A DNA stretch of 64,000 bases from a virus (taxonomy: Duplodnaviria; Heunggongvirae; Uroviricota; Caudoviricetes). The stretch is from IMG/VR virus record IMGVR_UViG_3300013126_000013; one strand, written 5' to 3'. Position numbers and translations under genes: made by a program. The notes under the pieces were generated by a model that was given only the letters and a program-made list of their open reading frames with translations, was not told the DNA's origin and ran no database searches. How positions within the stretch are numbered: position 1 is the stretch's first letter; every line of letters starts with the position of its first letter. Shown one piece after another: positions 37,618 through 47,029 of the stretch.

Positions 37618-38303
37618 TTTTCTTGAGTTTCTTGCACTTTTTTTCGCGAAGATTTCTTTAGGCTTGTCATAACTACAGGTTCAGCTTCTTCGATATCGTT
37701 AGCTTCCTGCGCAGCTTTTTCTGCTTCCATCTTTGCTTTCTTTGCTTCAAGACGCTTGATTACTTCGTCGCCATCCATCCAAAGATCTTTGTTGTTCAAC
37801 ATAAGCCTGATTTCTTCTTCAGTCAAGAAGTCTTCATAGATGTCACGCAGAAGCTTCTCTGACCAAACACGCTCATGCTGCAATTGGTCAAGCATCTCGC
37901 CTCCTTTACCCATAACACCACCAGAATAGTTATGGAACATAAACATCGAGTGTTCAGATACTTCAAACTGATCAGCACAAAGGAAGATCATAGTTGCAGC
38001 AGACATACAAGCACCTTCAACTGATACTATCACGGTCGCATCGGTTTCAGAGAGTACTCGCATGAATTGAATCGCAGTGAACAGATCACCGCCATATGAG
38101 TTAATGAACAGACGAATTACGTCTGTTGCGCCCGAATGTCGAATCGTATCAAACCACTCAATATATTCATCGGCTGATTCGATGTTACCGCAAAGATAAA
38201 ATTCGTGGATATTAACAACAGCTCTCGATGTATAACGATCCTGCTGTTTGTTCTTTTGCTGGAACAAATCCATGATGTCGATCTGTTTCATTTTCTTTTG
38301 CAT
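37611..38303 (-). CDS. ClpP-family (S14) serine peptidase-like protein
   Basis: INSYGGDLFTA..GACMSAATMIFL resembles ClpP core; acidic coiled-coil C-terminus. Confidence 0.5.
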   Translation of the reverse strand: MQKKMKQIDIMDLFQQKNKQQDRYTSRAVVNIHEFYLCGNIESADEYIEWFDTIRHSGATDVIRLFINSYGGDLFTAIQFMRVLSETDATVIVSVEGACMSAATMIFLCADQFEVSEHSMFMFHNYSGGVMGKGGEMLDQLQHERVWSEKLLRDIYEDFLTEEEIRLMLNNKDLWMDGDEVIKRLEAKKAKMEAEKAAQEANDIEEAEPVVMTSLKKSSRKKVQETQEKG

Positions 38304-38320
38304 TATCGCTCCTTTTTTTG

Positions 38321-38349
38321 TTGACGTTCTTTGTAGTCTAAGTATAATA
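38321..38349 (+). promoter_or_regulatory. plus-strand sigma70-consensus promoter (TTGACG-17-TATAAT)
   Basis: TTGACGTTCTTTGTAGTCTAAGTATAAT; would produce transcript antisense to 38404..38757. Confidence 0.35.
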
Positions 38350-38403
38350 GCTTTAAGGCTATCAAATGTAATAGATTTGAGATTGAACCATTAATAGTTC
38401 AAT

Positions 38404-38757
38404 TTAGAGATTAAACCATTCCTTCGTAAACAGAACATTCGACGGTACGTCGAACTGCTTAAGCAGAGAGTAAATCTGCTCACGAGAGTATCCAGCCAAG
38501 CCGGTACCGATAGGAGTGAGCATGAAAATATCTTCAGGGTGTTCTTTTGCATAATCGATGAAGTCAGCTAAGTGCCGACCGATTGCATCGAGGGTAAGGA
38601 CGTTGAGAAGATAATCTTTGGTTGGAACTGCATACGAGTTCCCTTGGCGACCAATGCCTTCGCCATATTGCGCGCCATAGTGCGTTAACGCATGGAGTGC
38701 TGCACCTTTGCCGTGGCGGCCAGCAAGGTTACTCCCGAAGACGAAGACGTTCGCCAT
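38404..38757 (-). CDS. hypothetical protein (117 aa)
   Basis: ORF. Confidence 0.4.
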   Translation of the reverse strand: MANVFVFGSNLAGRHGKGAALHALTHYGAQYGEGIGRQGNSYAVPTKDYLLNVLTLDAIGRHLADFIDYAKEHPEDIFMLTPIGTGLAGYSREQIYSLLKQFDVPSNVLFTKEWFNL

Positions 38758-38971
38758 ATTCTTTCACTACCTCATCAGCAAATTCAATCACATCAAACGG
38801 CACCTTTATGCCAATCACTTGATGTTCCCAGAAGCCCACTGAGCCTCTCAATATGTATATCTTTGGCTTTTTAGAAAAGAAAAAACGACTCCACACTGAG
38901 ATTCTCTCCTCGATACGAAGAGTGAACTCATGAGAGCCGTGATAGGTCGTGTGAACTAATCTGTACTTCAT
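38729..38971 (-). CDS. hypothetical protein (80 aa)
   Basis: ORF. Confidence 0.3.
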   Translation of the reverse strand: MKYRLVHTTYHGSHEFTLRIEERISVWSRFFFSKKPKIYILRGSVGFWEHQVIGIKVPFDVIEFADEVVKEYGERLRLRE

Positions 38972-39011
38972 AGAGATATTTATATATCAGTTATGAAGGG
39001 ATGTCAACCCT
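38970..39011 (-). promoter_or_regulatory. phage promoter (TTGACAT family)
   Basis: TTATATATCAGTTATGAAGGGATGTCAACC. Confidence 0.55.
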
Positions 39012-39372
39012 GTTCGATACGGTCCATCTCTGCTTTGCGCTCCTCAAGCCAAGCGTCAGCCTCTTTTTCGTCGAGGAAGTAACCACTCCAATGATTGGCT
39101 TCATTAATGTTTCCTTCATCAATCATATTACCATCGTCAAGATAATACTCGTCGATATGATCTTCCATGCTTGGAACAAGACCTTCAACTACTTTTAGCA
39201 CGCGGCCGACGATCGTGTATTCAGTCTTTGTTTGAGCACGAAGCGGCTGATCATATCGAAACCACTCTATACCGTTTTGGTCTTTAAAGTAGATCTTCTT
39301 ACGATGAAAAGCATTGTTATCCTCTTCAACGTAATAAACTTTTGTACCGATTTCAAGCCGTTCATTAATCAT
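39004..39372 (-). CDS. hypothetical protein (122 aa)
   Basis: ORF. Confidence 0.4.
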   Translation of the reverse strand: MINERLEIGTKVYYVEEDNNAFHRKKIYFKDQNGIEWFRYDQPLRAQTKTEYTIVGRVLKVVEGLVPSMEDHIDEYYLDDGNMIDEGNINEANHWSGYFLDEKEADAWLEERKAEMDRIEQG

Positions 39373-39613
39373 CTGTTATCCTTATCCATTGTACATCGTC
39401 AAGGTAATCAAGATAGATGTTAGGATCATTCTCTTTTCCATACGCCATCACAATCGGCCCATCCATCGAGGGGCCAACAAAGATAGTATGAAAAATAAGA
39501 TCTTCTGCTTTCTCAAGGTCCTTGAATATGTATTCCAATTCAGGAAACACATACTCGAGTGTTTCTTCTACTTGAGGAGCACGATCAGACACCCAGACAA
39601 TCGGAAATTTCAT
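39365..39613 (-). CDS. hypothetical protein (82 aa)
   Basis: ORF. Confidence 0.4.
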   Translation of the reverse strand: MKFPIVWVSDRAPQVEETLEYVFPELEYIFKDLEKAEDLIFHTIFVGPSMDGPIVMAYGKENDPNIYLDYLDDVQWIRITDD

Positions 39614-39645
39614 ATCTCACCTATTTTTCTGTAGTTAGCCATTCA

Positions 39646-39801
39646 GGTACTATCTCTTTTTCCATCAAAAATTACTGAAGTACTTGGTCTAACAATACCA
39701 CAAGTTTTACAATATGTCAATATAACTTTGAAGCGAAAGTCGTCTTCAATGAAGAGTTCCTTCCGCTCCAGATCTACGTTATGACAACATCTTCCCGCCA
39801 T
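39646..39801 (-). CDS. small Zn-ribbon-like protein (51 aa)
   Basis: sub-threshold ORF MAGRCCHNV..CKTCG with AAGGAG RBS. Confidence 0.35.
39685..39723 (-). promoter_or_regulatory. phage promoter (TTGACAT family)
   Basis: revcomp ATTGACATATTGTAAAACTTGTGGTATTGT. Confidence 0.45.
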
Positions 39802-39868
39802 TAGAACTCCTTCGTCATAGGGTTCTGAATCACAGTGTAGTCCTTTGCAAGAAGCTGATTCGTGCTCA

Positions 39869-40150
39869 CTACATTACCTTTCCATCTTGATCGAGATGCT
39901 TTTCGATCTTGGGTCGACCAAGCCAAGTCTGCAGAGTTTCTTGGTACTCTTCATGAGACTTGATAGTTGCAATCATGCCATAGAAGTGGCCCACGCTCAG
40001 AACCTTTGAACCTTTGTAGACGAAGTGATTGCCGAAGCGATCCTCGAGGAAGTTCATGTGGGTGTATCCAAAGGTGTTCTGAAAGGTACGAGACTTCACG
40101 CACTTAACAAACACATACATACGTTCACCAATGGTTCCGACGTGTTTCAT
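39869..40150 (-). CDS. hypothetical protein (93 aa)
   Basis: ORF. Confidence 0.4.
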   Translation of the reverse strand: MKHVGTIGERMYVFVKCVKSRTFQNTFGYTHMNFLEDRFGNHFVYKGSKVLSVGHFYGMIATIKSHEEYQETLQTWLGRPKIEKHLDQDGKVM

Positions 40151-40164
40151 TTCGCATATCCGTT

Positions 40165-40208
40165 GCTTACCAGTTAGATATAAGTCATAGTCTCTCGAAT
40201 GTCAACCG
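40165..40208 (-). promoter_or_regulatory. phage promoter (extended consensus copy)
   Basis: GTTGCTTACCAGTTAGATATAAGTCATAGTCTCTCGAATGTCAACC. Confidence 0.6.
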
Positions 40209-40263
40209 GTAAAATGAAAAAAGTGCCCCGAAGGACACTTTTTCTTACATGGGTACTTTAAGA

Positions 40264-40761
40264 TTACGCGTGGTCCTTCAGACCACGACCGTGAGCAACA
40301 CCGTCTGCACCGAAGGATGCAGCCCAGCTCTCTGGCTTCAGCTTTGGTTCAATACCGGTCATACCGAGAACATAACCAGCGGCTTCGTTCGCAGCACAGT
40401 TTGAACCGAACTTTGGGTCGGTGTTAATATCGAGATGAATCTCTACATCGAACTCGTCGATGAAAGGTGCAAGCTGACTGTACAGCGCGCAGACCTTTGA
40501 AACCTCGTTCATCATACGCATCTTCGGACGATTCTTCTTCAAGTCGTAGTCAGGTTCGTGGTCGACGTGGCTGAAGATACGGCAGCCATTCTTACCGTTC
40601 ATATGAACAATAGCTACTGTTGCGTATCGAGCATGCCAGCGTTCGTCCTTGCGGTAACGAACAGAGTCACATCCGAGATAGATCTTTGTTTCTTGGCCCA
40701 ACGTGATGAGCAAGTTAACTATTTCTTCTACTTGTGATTGAGTAAACATTTCTAACTCCAT
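40264..40761 (-). CDS. hypothetical protein (165 aa; possibly RNase-H-fold)
   Basis: ORF. Confidence 0.45.
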   Translation of the reverse strand: MELEMFTQSQVEEIVNLLITLGQETKIYLGCDSVRYRKDERWHARYATVAIVHMNGKNGCRIFSHVDHEPDYDLKKNRPKMRMMNEVSKVCALYSQLAPFIDEFDVEIHLDINTDPKFGSNCAANEAAGYVLGMTGIEPKLKPESWAASFGADGVAHGRGLKDHA

Positions 40762-40769
40762 TATGTACC

Positions 40770-40809
40770 CATGCTTCCATTATATCTATATATCAGAAAA
40801 TGTCAACTG
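40770..40809 (-). promoter_or_regulatory. phage promoter (TTGACAT family); boundary with plus-strand block
   Basis: TATATCTATATATCAGAAAATGTCAACTG. Confidence 0.55.
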
Positions 40810-40840
40810 CTATAAATACTAAGTCAAAGAGGAGAGTGGT

Positions 40841-41119
40841 ATGGATTTTCTTAGCTTAGTATCTGATGTAGGATTTCCGATTGCGGCTTCTCTGGCTGGT
40901 GGGTTCTTTGTTTTTCTAACGCTTCGGTTTATTCTTGATGGCGTGTTAGGCAGCATCAAAACCCAACGCGGGTTTGTAATGGCTCTGAATAATCGCGTAA
41001 AGACTATGAACAACGAATTAGTTCGAATCGATGTTTTAATTTGTAATGCGTTCGGTGTAAGACCTGACCTTGATCGCATTGCTCGTGCAGATGGTCAGGC
41101 TGATGCAAGGAAAGACTGA
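40841..41119 (+). CDS. single-pass membrane protein (paralog of next gene)
   Basis: AGGAGAG RBS; GFPIAASLAGGFFVFL TM segment. Confidence 0.4.
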   Translation: MDFLSLVSDVGFPIAASLAGGFFVFLTLRFILDGVLGSIKTQRGFVMALNNRVKTMNNELVRIDVLICNAFGVRPDLDRIARADGQADARKD

Positions 41120-41421
41120 TGCAAGAAATAGCTAACGCGATTAATCAATACGGCTTTCCTATCATTGCTGCGTTTGGTTTAGGCTACTTCATTTACTATA
41201 TTTGGACATGGGTGACTGAACAAGTAGATCCTATCGTAAATGAATCCCATATGACTCTGATTGGTTTGATTGATCGTATTCGAATGCTAGACAATGATTT
41301 GATTCGTCTGCGGGCAAAGTTGGATATGATTCTACAGGAACAGGAAAGAGATAAACATGAGGCTGCTGCTACCAATAATACTAATGACGACAACTCCGGC
41401 AATCGCTCAGGAGGCGTATAA
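41119..41421 (+). CDS. single-pass membrane protein (paralog of previous gene)
   Basis: YGFPIIAAFGLGYFIYYIW TM + coiled coil; ATGA coupling. Confidence 0.4.
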   Translation: MQEIANAINQYGFPIIAAFGLGYFIYYIWTWVTEQVDPIVNESHMTLIGLIDRIRMLDNDLIRLRAKLDMILQEQERDKHEAAATNNTNDDNSGNRSGGV

Positions 41422-41794
41422 CTTCTCGAATCCTTCCTTTTCTGGACAAGGGTTTTCTCAGCATATTCTTACACTCGAACAGATGACTCAAAAGAATGAG
41501 CAGGCAATCGATGAACGTGAGAGAGCATTAGCTGAAGAAATTGAACGTGAGCTTCGAAACTCAAATCTAAATAAGTTCTTAAACAACGTCGAAGCAAGAA
41601 TTTACGCCGAGATGTCGAAGCAGCTTGTCGATGCTATCTTTGGAGACAATCCAAGCGCCTCTGGTACAATTGAACTTGGAGGCAATACTATAGAATACTA
41701 CAATGATGGTGTAGATGTTTATCTCACAATCACTGACCAGAATGGTAATTCAACAGAAATAGTTGTACCTTATGGAACGTTAGGAATCGGATGA
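41357..41794 (+). CDS. csgF: CsgF-like curli assembly protein
   Basis: signal peptide MRLLLPIILMTTTPAIAQ; YNFSNPSFSGQGF (cf. CsgF FQFRNPNFGG) and C-terminal LTITDQNGNSTEIVV (cf. NVTDRKTGQTSTIQV). Confidence 0.6.
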   Translation: MRLLLPIILMTTTPAIAQEAYNFSNPSFSGQGFSQHILTLEQMTQKNEQAIDERERALAEEIERELRNSNLNKFLNNVEARIYAEMSKQLVDAIFGDNPSASGTIELGGNTIEYYNDGVDVYLTITDQNGNSTEIVVPYGTLGIG

Positions 41795-42519
41795 TGAAAT
41801 ACCTTGTCATTCCACTTATGGTTGCTGGATGTGTAAATACGGCTGCAGTTCAAGAAGATCCTGAACTCGTAACGCCTACACAAAGCTACGAAGTGCCTGC
41901 ACCACGCAGTGGAAAGATTGTGGTTGGTGTATACGGCTTTGCTGATATGACTGGTCAGAGAACAGGTACAACTTTATCATCTGCTGTAACACAAGGCGCA
42001 GAGAACTATCTTATCACTGGACTCAAAGATTTCGATAATGGTGAATGGTTTCGTGTTGTTGATAGAAAAGCAATCGATAATTTAATCAAAGAGCGACAAA
42101 TCATTAAGTCAGCGAATCCTAGCTTCACCGACGCAGATATGCCAACAATGCTTTATGCCGGCATACTCATTGAAGGCGGAATTGTGGGGTATGACACAAA
42201 CGTTGTATCTGGTGGAGATGGTGTTCGGATATTTGGTATAGGAGCAAGCGGGAAATATTCGAAACATGTTGTTACGATATCGCTTAGAGCAGTATCAGTC
42301 GCAACAACAGAAGTTTTAGCGAGTGTATTAGTGCAAAAAACAATAGTGAGTAAATCGGAAAACACTACAGTTGTTGCATTCTTTGATCAAGACACTCAAA
42401 CCATTGAAATGGAATCGGGATCAAATTATAATGAACCCTCAAATTATGCTGTACAATCAGCGATTGAGAAGGGTATATATGAATTAGTTATAGAGGGAAA
42501 AAGGCAAAAAATCTGGTAA
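41791..42519 (+). CDS. csgG: CsgG-like curli secretion-channel lipoprotein
   Basis: lipobox MVAGC; IVVGVYGFADMTGQ and ILIEGGIVGYDTNVVSGGDGVRIFGIGA closely parallel E. coli CsgG core. Confidence 0.85.
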   Translation: MMKYLVIPLMVAGCVNTAAVQEDPELVTPTQSYEVPAPRSGKIVVGVYGFADMTGQRTGTTLSSAVTQGAENYLITGLKDFDNGEWFRVVDRKAIDNLIKERQIIKSANPSFTDADMPTMLYAGILIEGGIVGYDTNVVSGGDGVRIFGIGASGKYSKHVVTISLRAVSVATTEVLASVLVQKTIVSKSENTTVVAFFDQDTQTIEMESGSNYNEPSNYAVQSAIEKGIYELVIEGKRQKIW

Positions 42520-42528
42520 AGGAAAAAG

Positions 42529-43209
42529 ATGAAACATTTAGCTATTACAGCAGTGCTTGTAATGGTGCCTACTATAACATTTGCAGATCAGTCTGTGTAT
42601 ATTGACCAGGCAGGTGAAAATTTAAACGCTACTATTATCCAAAAATTGGGTGATAACAACACGATCGGTGATATCACTGCCACCGACAAATACTTCTATC
42701 TCGACGGTGATGACATGACACTCACCTTCGGAATGGAAGGTGATGCAAACAAATTAATCGGTTCGATCTCTGGTGATACCTTAGATTTTACTTTGTCACA
42801 AATTGGTGATAACAACCTATTTGAGATTTATGCTACGCTTTCATCAAGCAGTTCTTTGTTGTGGAATATTATTGGAAGCGCGAATGAAGTGTACCTCAAC
42901 ATGGGCCAAGTAGTAAGCGCTGAATATACAACGCTTGATTACAACATAACCGGCAATGACAATATCTTCAATATTGGTATTGATGCCGATGGGGCTACTC
43001 ATACTGTTGAGTTAACCGGTAATAGTAATGAATATACAATTACTCAAACTGGGTACGGGAGTTCATTAGAAGGTCACCTCATCACTGTCGATGCTACTGG
43101 CAACTTCAATAGTGTAACTATTCTGCAAGAAACTACAACTGCGCAATCGATCGTTAATATGGTGACCAATGGCTCGAATCAGGTTATTAGCATTACTCAG
43201 TCTGATTAA
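42529..43209 (+). CDS. secreted curlin-like repeat protein (putative amyloid subunit)
   Basis: signal peptide; imperfect repeats ..ITQ.G..N.. (TITQTGYGSS, ISITQSD, TIIQKLGDNN), Gln/Asn/Gly-rich. Confidence 0.5.
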   Translation: MKHLAITAVLVMVPTITFADQSVYIDQAGENLNATIIQKLGDNNTIGDITATDKYFYLDGDDMTLTFGMEGDANKLIGSISGDTLDFTLSQIGDNNLFEIYATLSSSSSLLWNIIGSANEVYLNMGQVVSAEYTTLDYNITGNDNIFNIGIDADGATHTVELTGNSNEYTITQTGYGSSLEGHLITVDATGNFNSVTILQETTTAQSIVNMVTNGSNQVISITQSD

Positions 43210-44215
43210 TCTGATTGCTGCACCATCGATAGCTGGCATTGGAGAAATAACTGAGTATAGTGGAACTGGGATGGTCGCGCGCTCTGAAGAAGAGATTAAC
43301 GCCGACCTCTCATTGCCTATTGAAATGAACGATTATATCCAGACTGCCAAAGGTGTTATTGGTATTACCTTTGATGATGAGACACAAATAAAAGTATCAG
43401 AACACTCTGAACTAACTATCGACGATTTTGTATATGACCCGAATACAAGTCAAGGGTCTCTTGGCCTCAAGGTTGCGATGGGTACCGTGAAATATGCTTC
43501 AGGAAATATTGCTCACTCGGATCCAGACAGCGTTGATATTGAAACTCCTTCAGCCACAATTGCTGTTCGTGGCACAGCATTCACTATGACGGTTGATGAA
43601 CTCGGTAAATCACTTATAATACTTGTTCCGAATATAGACGGATCTGTCGGTTCAATCGAAGTTTCAAACGATGTCGGGTTCGTTGTGCTAAACCGAGCAT
43701 TTGAATCTGTTCGTGTTAGCTCTCGAGATTCTGCTCCATCAAAACCAGTTATAGTTTCTATTGATGAAAGCAATATCGACAACTATATGATTATTAGTCC
43801 ACCGAAAGAAGTAAAGGATAAGATTATCAGAGAAGCAAAGAGTAGCAATCCTCTCGACGAAAACGAATTAGATGTTGACTTACTTAAAGCAGATTTTCTT
43901 GATACTCGAGATCTTGAATTTAACGAGCTCGATGTCACCTATCTCGATGAAGTTATCTTCGAAGACCTTTTAAGATCTACGGATGCATCTGCTACCGACG
44001 GCGTAGTTCCTGGCCAGAATTCAGTAACTGGTGTTATAACAATTAAACAAGATCCTTATGTTGAAGTAATAAGAATGAATTCAAAGGGTACATTTGGTAT
44101 TAAGTTTGTAGAAGAGACCGGTATAAACACGACTGCAACACAAGGCGAAATAACGATAAATATTATTACTCTCGATGGGCAATCAAGCAATTTTATAAGG
44201 TTAATACAACAATGA
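43169..44215 (+). CDS. FecR-domain-like secreted protein
   Basis: signal peptide; TPSATIAVRGTAFTM-type FecR motif. Confidence 0.45.
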   Translation: MARIRLLALLSLINLIAAPSIAGIGEITEYSGTGMVARSEEEINADLSLPIEMNDYIQTAKGVIGITFDDETQIKVSEHSELTIDDFVYDPNTSQGSLGLKVAMGTVKYASGNIAHSDPDSVDIETPSATIAVRGTAFTMTVDELGKSLIILVPNIDGSVGSIEVSNDVGFVVLNRAFESVRVSSRDSAPSKPVIVSIDESNIDNYMIISPPKEVKDKIIREAKSSNPLDENELDVDLLKADFLDTRDLEFNELDVTYLDEVIFEDLLRSTDASATDGVVPGQNSVTGVITIKQDPYVEVIRMNSKGTFGIKFVEETGINTTATQGEITINIITLDGQSSNFIRLIQQ

Positions 44216-46212
44216 AAATATTATTATCGCCGATGTGGGCAATCATTACAACCGCCGCTTTGACTTGGTTGACTCTATCAAATCCTACATTTCTACAAAA
44301 CGTCGAACTAAAACTCTTTGATCAGATGATTATTCAAGAGCCAATCAAAAACACCGACGCAGTTCTTGTCGATATATCAGAAAAGACACTTGACAAATAC
44401 GGGCAGTTTCCGTTCCCACGTGACACATACGCAGATATCATTACGCGATTAAGAGAATCAAACGCCGGTGTAATCGTACTTAACCTATCTTTCCCTGAAG
44501 AAGATAGAACTGGCAAAGATAGTAAATTCATCGAGGTACTTCCTCAGGGTGTAATACTTGCACACTTTCCATCTGAGAAGACTGAAGGAAGAGCTGCATA
44601 TGCTACGGGCATCGCAGAGGTCGGCGTTCCTGCTTCTAACTTTGTGCCTCGATATAAAGGCATAGCTGCGAACCTTCCACAATACGAATCAGCTGCTTCT
44701 GGCATCGGTATCGCAAACACTTTACCGGAAATAGACGGTGTTGTTCGTCGGCTTCCTATGATATCTGCAGTCGACGATAAACTATATCCTTCAATTGTTC
44801 TTGAAATATTTAAAGCTTACGCTGGTACTAACACGTATCAGATCAAGTCTTCTGATTTTGGTGTTGAGGCTGTTCGAGTAAAAGGATTTGATGCCATTAA
44901 AACTGACCAGTTATCTCGTATCTGGATCAATCCAAACTTTACGTTCCAACGATATGACGCTGCTGATAACTTTCCAGATCTTATGGGTGCTACAGTCTTT
45001 ATCGGTGTAACGGCTGAAGGTATATCCAATCCGGTTCCAACTGCAGCCGGAGCGTCATACGGTCATGATGTAGTAGCAAAAGCTTTTGCATCAGTAACAA
45101 GTGGTTACAACATTGTAACACCAATGGAAAGTGAACTATATAAGTTAGCTGCTATCATTGGTCTCGGGCTTGTGATCGTGTTAAGTAGTTATATAAGATT
45201 CGGCTGGGCACTTCCGATTATTCTTGTGATTGGTGCAATTGCCTATCCATTCTATCTGTTTGCTACTAGCTCGATTCTCATCAACACTGCAATTCCTGCA
45301 CTTATGTCGATTCTTGTCTTTGCTCATGTATACGGTGTAAAGTATGGCCAAGAATACTTCGCGAAGATGCAAATCAAGAAACAGTTTGGTACTTACCTAT
45401 CTCCAGCAATGGTTGAAAAACTACAAAAGAATCCTGATCTACTTAAGCTCGGTGGCGAGACTCGCGAACTCTCGATTATGTTTACAGACGTTCGTGGATT
45501 TACGACGATCTCTGAACATTACGGCGAAAACGTACAAGGGTTAACTCAAATCATGAATCGTTATATGACAGCCATGACTGCTAAGATTCTTGAGAATGAA
45601 GGTACTCTTGACAAATACATCGGCGACGCACAGATGGCGTTTTGGAATGCTCCACTTGACGACTCTCAACATGCAAAGAACGCAGTAAGAACTGCGCTTG
45701 CTATGCTCGAAGACTTGGAGAAGTTCAATGAAGAAATTGCTCAAGAAGGCGTGCCGGCTTTTGGAATGGGACTTGGGATTAATACTGCTCATGTGGTTGT
45801 GGGCAATATGGGTTCTTCTCAGCGTTTTGATTATACTTGCTTAGGCGACGGTGTTAACCTTGCTTCTCGTCTCGAAGGGCAGTCAAAACCATATGGCGTA
45901 AAGATGATTCTTGGTCCTGTGACTGCTGAACAGGTGAGAGACGAATTTGACGTATGCGAACTAGATTGTATAGCTGTGAAGGGTAAGACAGTTGGTGCAA
46001 AGATCTACACCATCCATAAGCAAACGGATGAACACAAAGCCTTCTTAAGAAGCTACTATGATGGCGATTGGGCTACTGCTATATATCGCTTAGAAAAGGC
46101 ACGAGCAATATCGCCGGGTCTTAGCACATATTACGATGCAATGTACGATCGTATTCAAAGCGGCAAAGCTCCAGCAAATTGGGATGGTACTTACCGCTCA
46201 AACTCAAAGTAA
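44212..46212 (+). CDS. CHASE2-sensor membrane adenylate/guanylate cyclase
   Basis: N-terminal TM + periplasmic CHASE2-like domain, TM bundle, class III cyclase core (SIMFTDVRGFTTISE..CLGDGVNLASRLEG). Confidence 0.75.
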   Translation: MKILLSPMWAIITTAALTWLTLSNPTFLQNVELKLFDQMIIQEPIKNTDAVLVDISEKTLDKYGQFPFPRDTYADIITRLRESNAGVIVLNLSFPEEDRTGKDSKFIEVLPQGVILAHFPSEKTEGRAAYATGIAEVGVPASNFVPRYKGIAANLPQYESAASGIGIANTLPEIDGVVRRLPMISAVDDKLYPSIVLEIFKAYAGTNTYQIKSSDFGVEAVRVKGFDAIKTDQLSRIWINPNFTFQRYDAADNFPDLMGATVFIGVTAEGISNPVPTAAGASYGHDVVAKAFASVTSGYNIVTPMESELYKLAAIIGLGLVIVLSSYIRFGWALPIILVIGAIAYPFYLFATSSILINTAIPALMSILVFAHVYGVKYGQEYFAKMQIKKQFGTYLSPAMVEKLQKNPDLLKLGGETRELSIMFTDVRGFTTISEHYGENVQGLTQIMNRYMTAMTAKILENEGTLDKYIGDAQMAFWNAPLDDSQHAKNAVRTALAMLEDLEKFNEEIAQEGVPAFGMGLGINTAHVVVGNMGSSQRFDYTCLGDGVNLASRLEGQSKPYGVKMILGPVTAEQVRDEFDVCELDCIAVKGKTVGAKIYTIHKQTDEHKAFLRSYYDGDWATAIYRLEKARAISPGLSTYYDAMYDRIQSGKAPANWDGTYRSNSK

Positions 46213-46222
46213 CGGAAACAAC

Positions 46223-46543
46223 ATGTCAGAAGATATAAAAATTGACGAATGCGAAGTGGTGGATGAAAAGTTGAATATGAAAGAAAAACAACTGAAAATT
46301 GAAAACGCTGACAAGAGAGAAGATGCTCAGCGCAGAATGGCTTGGTTTGCTCTTTTTGGGATGTTATTATATCCTATATCAGTTGTAATCGCAGCGTGCT
46401 ATGACCTAGATCACGCTGCTACAGTTCTAGGTGATATTGCTCCAACTTACTTCGTATCAGTCGCAGCGATCGTAGCAGCATTTTACGGTGCACAAGCGTA
46501 TAATACCGTTAAGGTGAATTCGAAGCCATCAGATGGTAATTAA
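46223..46543 (+). CDS. small membrane protein (106 aa)
   Basis: ORF shortened to MSEDIKIDE start after cyclase stop. Confidence 0.4.
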   Translation: MSEDIKIDECEVVDEKLNMKEKQLKIENADKREDAQRRMAWFALFGMLLYPISVVIAACYDLDHAATVLGDIAPTYFVSVAAIVAAFYGAQAYNTVKVNSKPSDGN

Positions 46544-46748
46544 GAACAAAGTTCTCTACTAACAATTTAGTTAATGCAGCAAGAGCTATAGTTTGGCGAT
46601 CAGCCGGATTATGGCTCTTCATCATTTCAATTACTTGCTCTGCCATCTTACGATATGCATCTTCTTCTTTAATAGGAATCATTCCCCAATCAATAGGATC
46701 ACCATTCTCTATTTCGTGCGCAAGCTCGACTAACTGATCAATATTCAT
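46509..46748 (-). CDS. hypothetical protein (79 aa)
   Basis: ORF. Confidence 0.4.
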   Translation of the reverse strand: MNIDQLVELAHEIENGDPIDWGMIPIKEEDAYRKMAEQVIEMMKSHNPADRQTIALAALTKLLVENFVLNYHLMASNSP

Positions 46749-46894
46749 GCTGTGTAATACGAAGTATGACCGGTTTTGTTCAACTCTTCAAATTTAACAA
46801 GCTTTCCGTCTTCATAGTATTCCCACAAATGTTCGATACCATCGACAAATGCTTCTTCTTTTTCCTCAAGCTTTTCTTTTACTTCTTCCGACAT
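46746..46894 (-). CDS. small acidic protein (49 aa)
   Basis: sub-threshold ORF, GAGGAA RBS, ATGA coupling. Confidence 0.35.
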
Positions 46895-46949
46895 GATTTC
46901 CTCTATTGAAACTACAAAGCGGCCAGAGACAAACTCTAGCCGCTACGAT

Positions 46950-47023
46950 TGGTGCTGAAGGAGAGAATCGAACTCTCATCGATGGGATACGAAGCCATTG
47001 TAATACCACTATACTACGTCAGC
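46950..47023 (-). tRNA. tRNA (probable Thr, anticodon CGU; one acceptor mismatch)
   Basis: T-arm GAGAGTTCGATTCTCTC, acceptor GCTGACG/CTTCAGC+A+CCA encoded. Confidence 0.45.
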
Positions 47024-47029
47024 ATGAAT

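Noticed and set aside
44380-44392. TTGACA hexamers in plus orientation (44385, also 57871)
   Set aside because: They occur inside coding sequence without a matching -10 at 17 bp and outside the conserved extended motif, so they are likely chance occurrences.
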